A stretch of 64,000 bases of DNA from an uncultured Actinomycetes bacterium (lineage in GTDB: Bacteria > Actinomycetota > Acidimicrobiia > IMCC26256 > PALSA-610): assembly GCA_963782465.1 (NCBI GenBank), contig CAWAJR010000002.1:383691-447690 (forward strand). Direction: 5' to 3'. A program made the position numbers and the translations under genes. Under the pieces are notes generated by a model, which was not told the DNA's origin, ran no database searches, and saw nothing but the letters and a program-made list of their open reading frames with translations. Positions 63,379-64,000 of the stretch are shown piece by piece. Within the stretch, counting starts at the first letter, position 1, and every line of letters begins with the position of its first letter.

Positions 63379-63861
63379 CTAGAGCGCGCCCTCGATCGCG
63401 CTGACGATCTCGGGCGCTTCCGGGTCGACCATCGGGCTGAAGCGGGCGAGCACGTCGCCGTCGCGCGACACGAGGAACTTCTCGAAGTTCCAGCGGATGT
63501 CGCCGGTGTGGCCCTCCGCGTCGGCCTCCGGTGTGAGCTGCTGGTAGAGCTCGTGGCGACCGTCGCCGTTCACCTCGATCTTCTCGAACATCGGGAACGT
63601 GACGCTGTAGCTCGTCTCGCAGAAGGTCTTGATCTCGTCGGCCGTACCCGGTTCCTGCGCGCCGAACTGATTGCAGGGGAACCCCAGTACCGCGAAGCCA
63701 CGGTCGCGATACTGCTCGTAGAGGTGTTGCAGCCCGCTGTACTGCGGGGTGAGCCCGCACTGCGACGCGACGTTCACAACCAGGGCGACGTTGCCTCGCT
63801 GCTTGGCGAGGGCGTCTTGCGAACCGTCGAGCGCGGCGACGGAAACGTCGTAGACCGACAT
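63379..63861 (-). CDS. Glutathione peroxidase
   Basis: Contains VVNVASQCGLTPQY, LGFPCNQFG.QEPG and WNFEKFLV. Confidence 0.9.
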   Translation of the reverse strand: MSVYDVSVAALDGSQDALAKQRGNVALVVNVASQCGLTPQYSGLQHLYEQYRDRGFAVLGFPCNQFGAQEPGTADEIKTFCETSYSVTFPMFEKIEVNGDGRHELYQQLTPEADAEGHTGDIRWNFEKFLVSRDGDVLARFSPMVDPEAPEIVSAIEGAL

Positions 63862-63955
63862 GGATGTGCTCCTCTCGTTGGCACCCGCCCGCACCTTAGG
63901 GGGTGCCGGTGCCGTGATGGCAGGCCGGTTCGCCGCGCGGCCGGATCAGAACATC

Positions 63956-64000
63956 ACGATCCGGCGCGCGGTTTCGCCTCGCTCCATCGCCGCGAACGCG
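63956..64000 (-). CDS. 3' end of a gene running off the window; the tail resembles zinc-type dehydrogenase / quinone oxidoreductase C-termini
   Basis: The minus-strand frame reads ..AFAAMERGETARRIVMF and ends at a stop at 63956-63958. Only 14 codons are visible. Confidence 0.3.

Overview
Very GC-rich segment (about 70% by eye) with actinobacterial-style coding: strong GC3 bias, many GTG/TTG starts, and frequent 4-nt GTGA/ATGA start-stop overlaps. I support about 55 protein genes. I found no rRNA, tRNA, CRISPR array, transposase or integrase. Bases ~350-44,500 form one large cell-surface glycan island. It holds a WbaP-like priming transferase, 4 GT2 and 4 GT-B glycosyltransferases, and wzm and wzt ABC-export genes sitting 13 kb apart. 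It also holds Wzy-like and Wzz-like genes and WbpA/WbpB/WbpE-like enzymes for an amino-uronic-acid sugar. Two cytidylyltransferases, an RmlC-like epimerase, 3 methyltransferases, 2 NodB deacetylases and a hexapeptide acetyltransferase are present. So are 3 sulfotransferases, a TauE/SafE permease, two AsnB-like enzymes, an ATP-grasp and a DUF4910 protein. Downstream lie a giant cadherin-like/RTX/propeller adhesin and an ArsR-SRPBCC operon divergent from an orphan clpP. Further on are two MFS transporters, a BNR protein, a Znf-UBP protein and a heterodimeric ABC exporter. The window ends with an LLM monooxygenase-aminotransferase-omega-amidase operon, a divergent flavin reductase, and a glutathione peroxidase. 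Most notable: (1) the sulfotransferase-rich hybrid glycan island; (2) an apparently unannotated ~42-aa 'GYWL..DGGVF.FGDA.F.GS' repeat in three secreted proteins, one carrying a perfect 126-bp triplication; (3) an 89-bp intergenic tandem repeat in which every unit has a GC hairpin and a Shine-Dalgarno-like box; (4) seven genes broken by single-base indels, which are either assembly errors or decay. All functional calls rest on reading motifs in the supplied translations. No database search was run.
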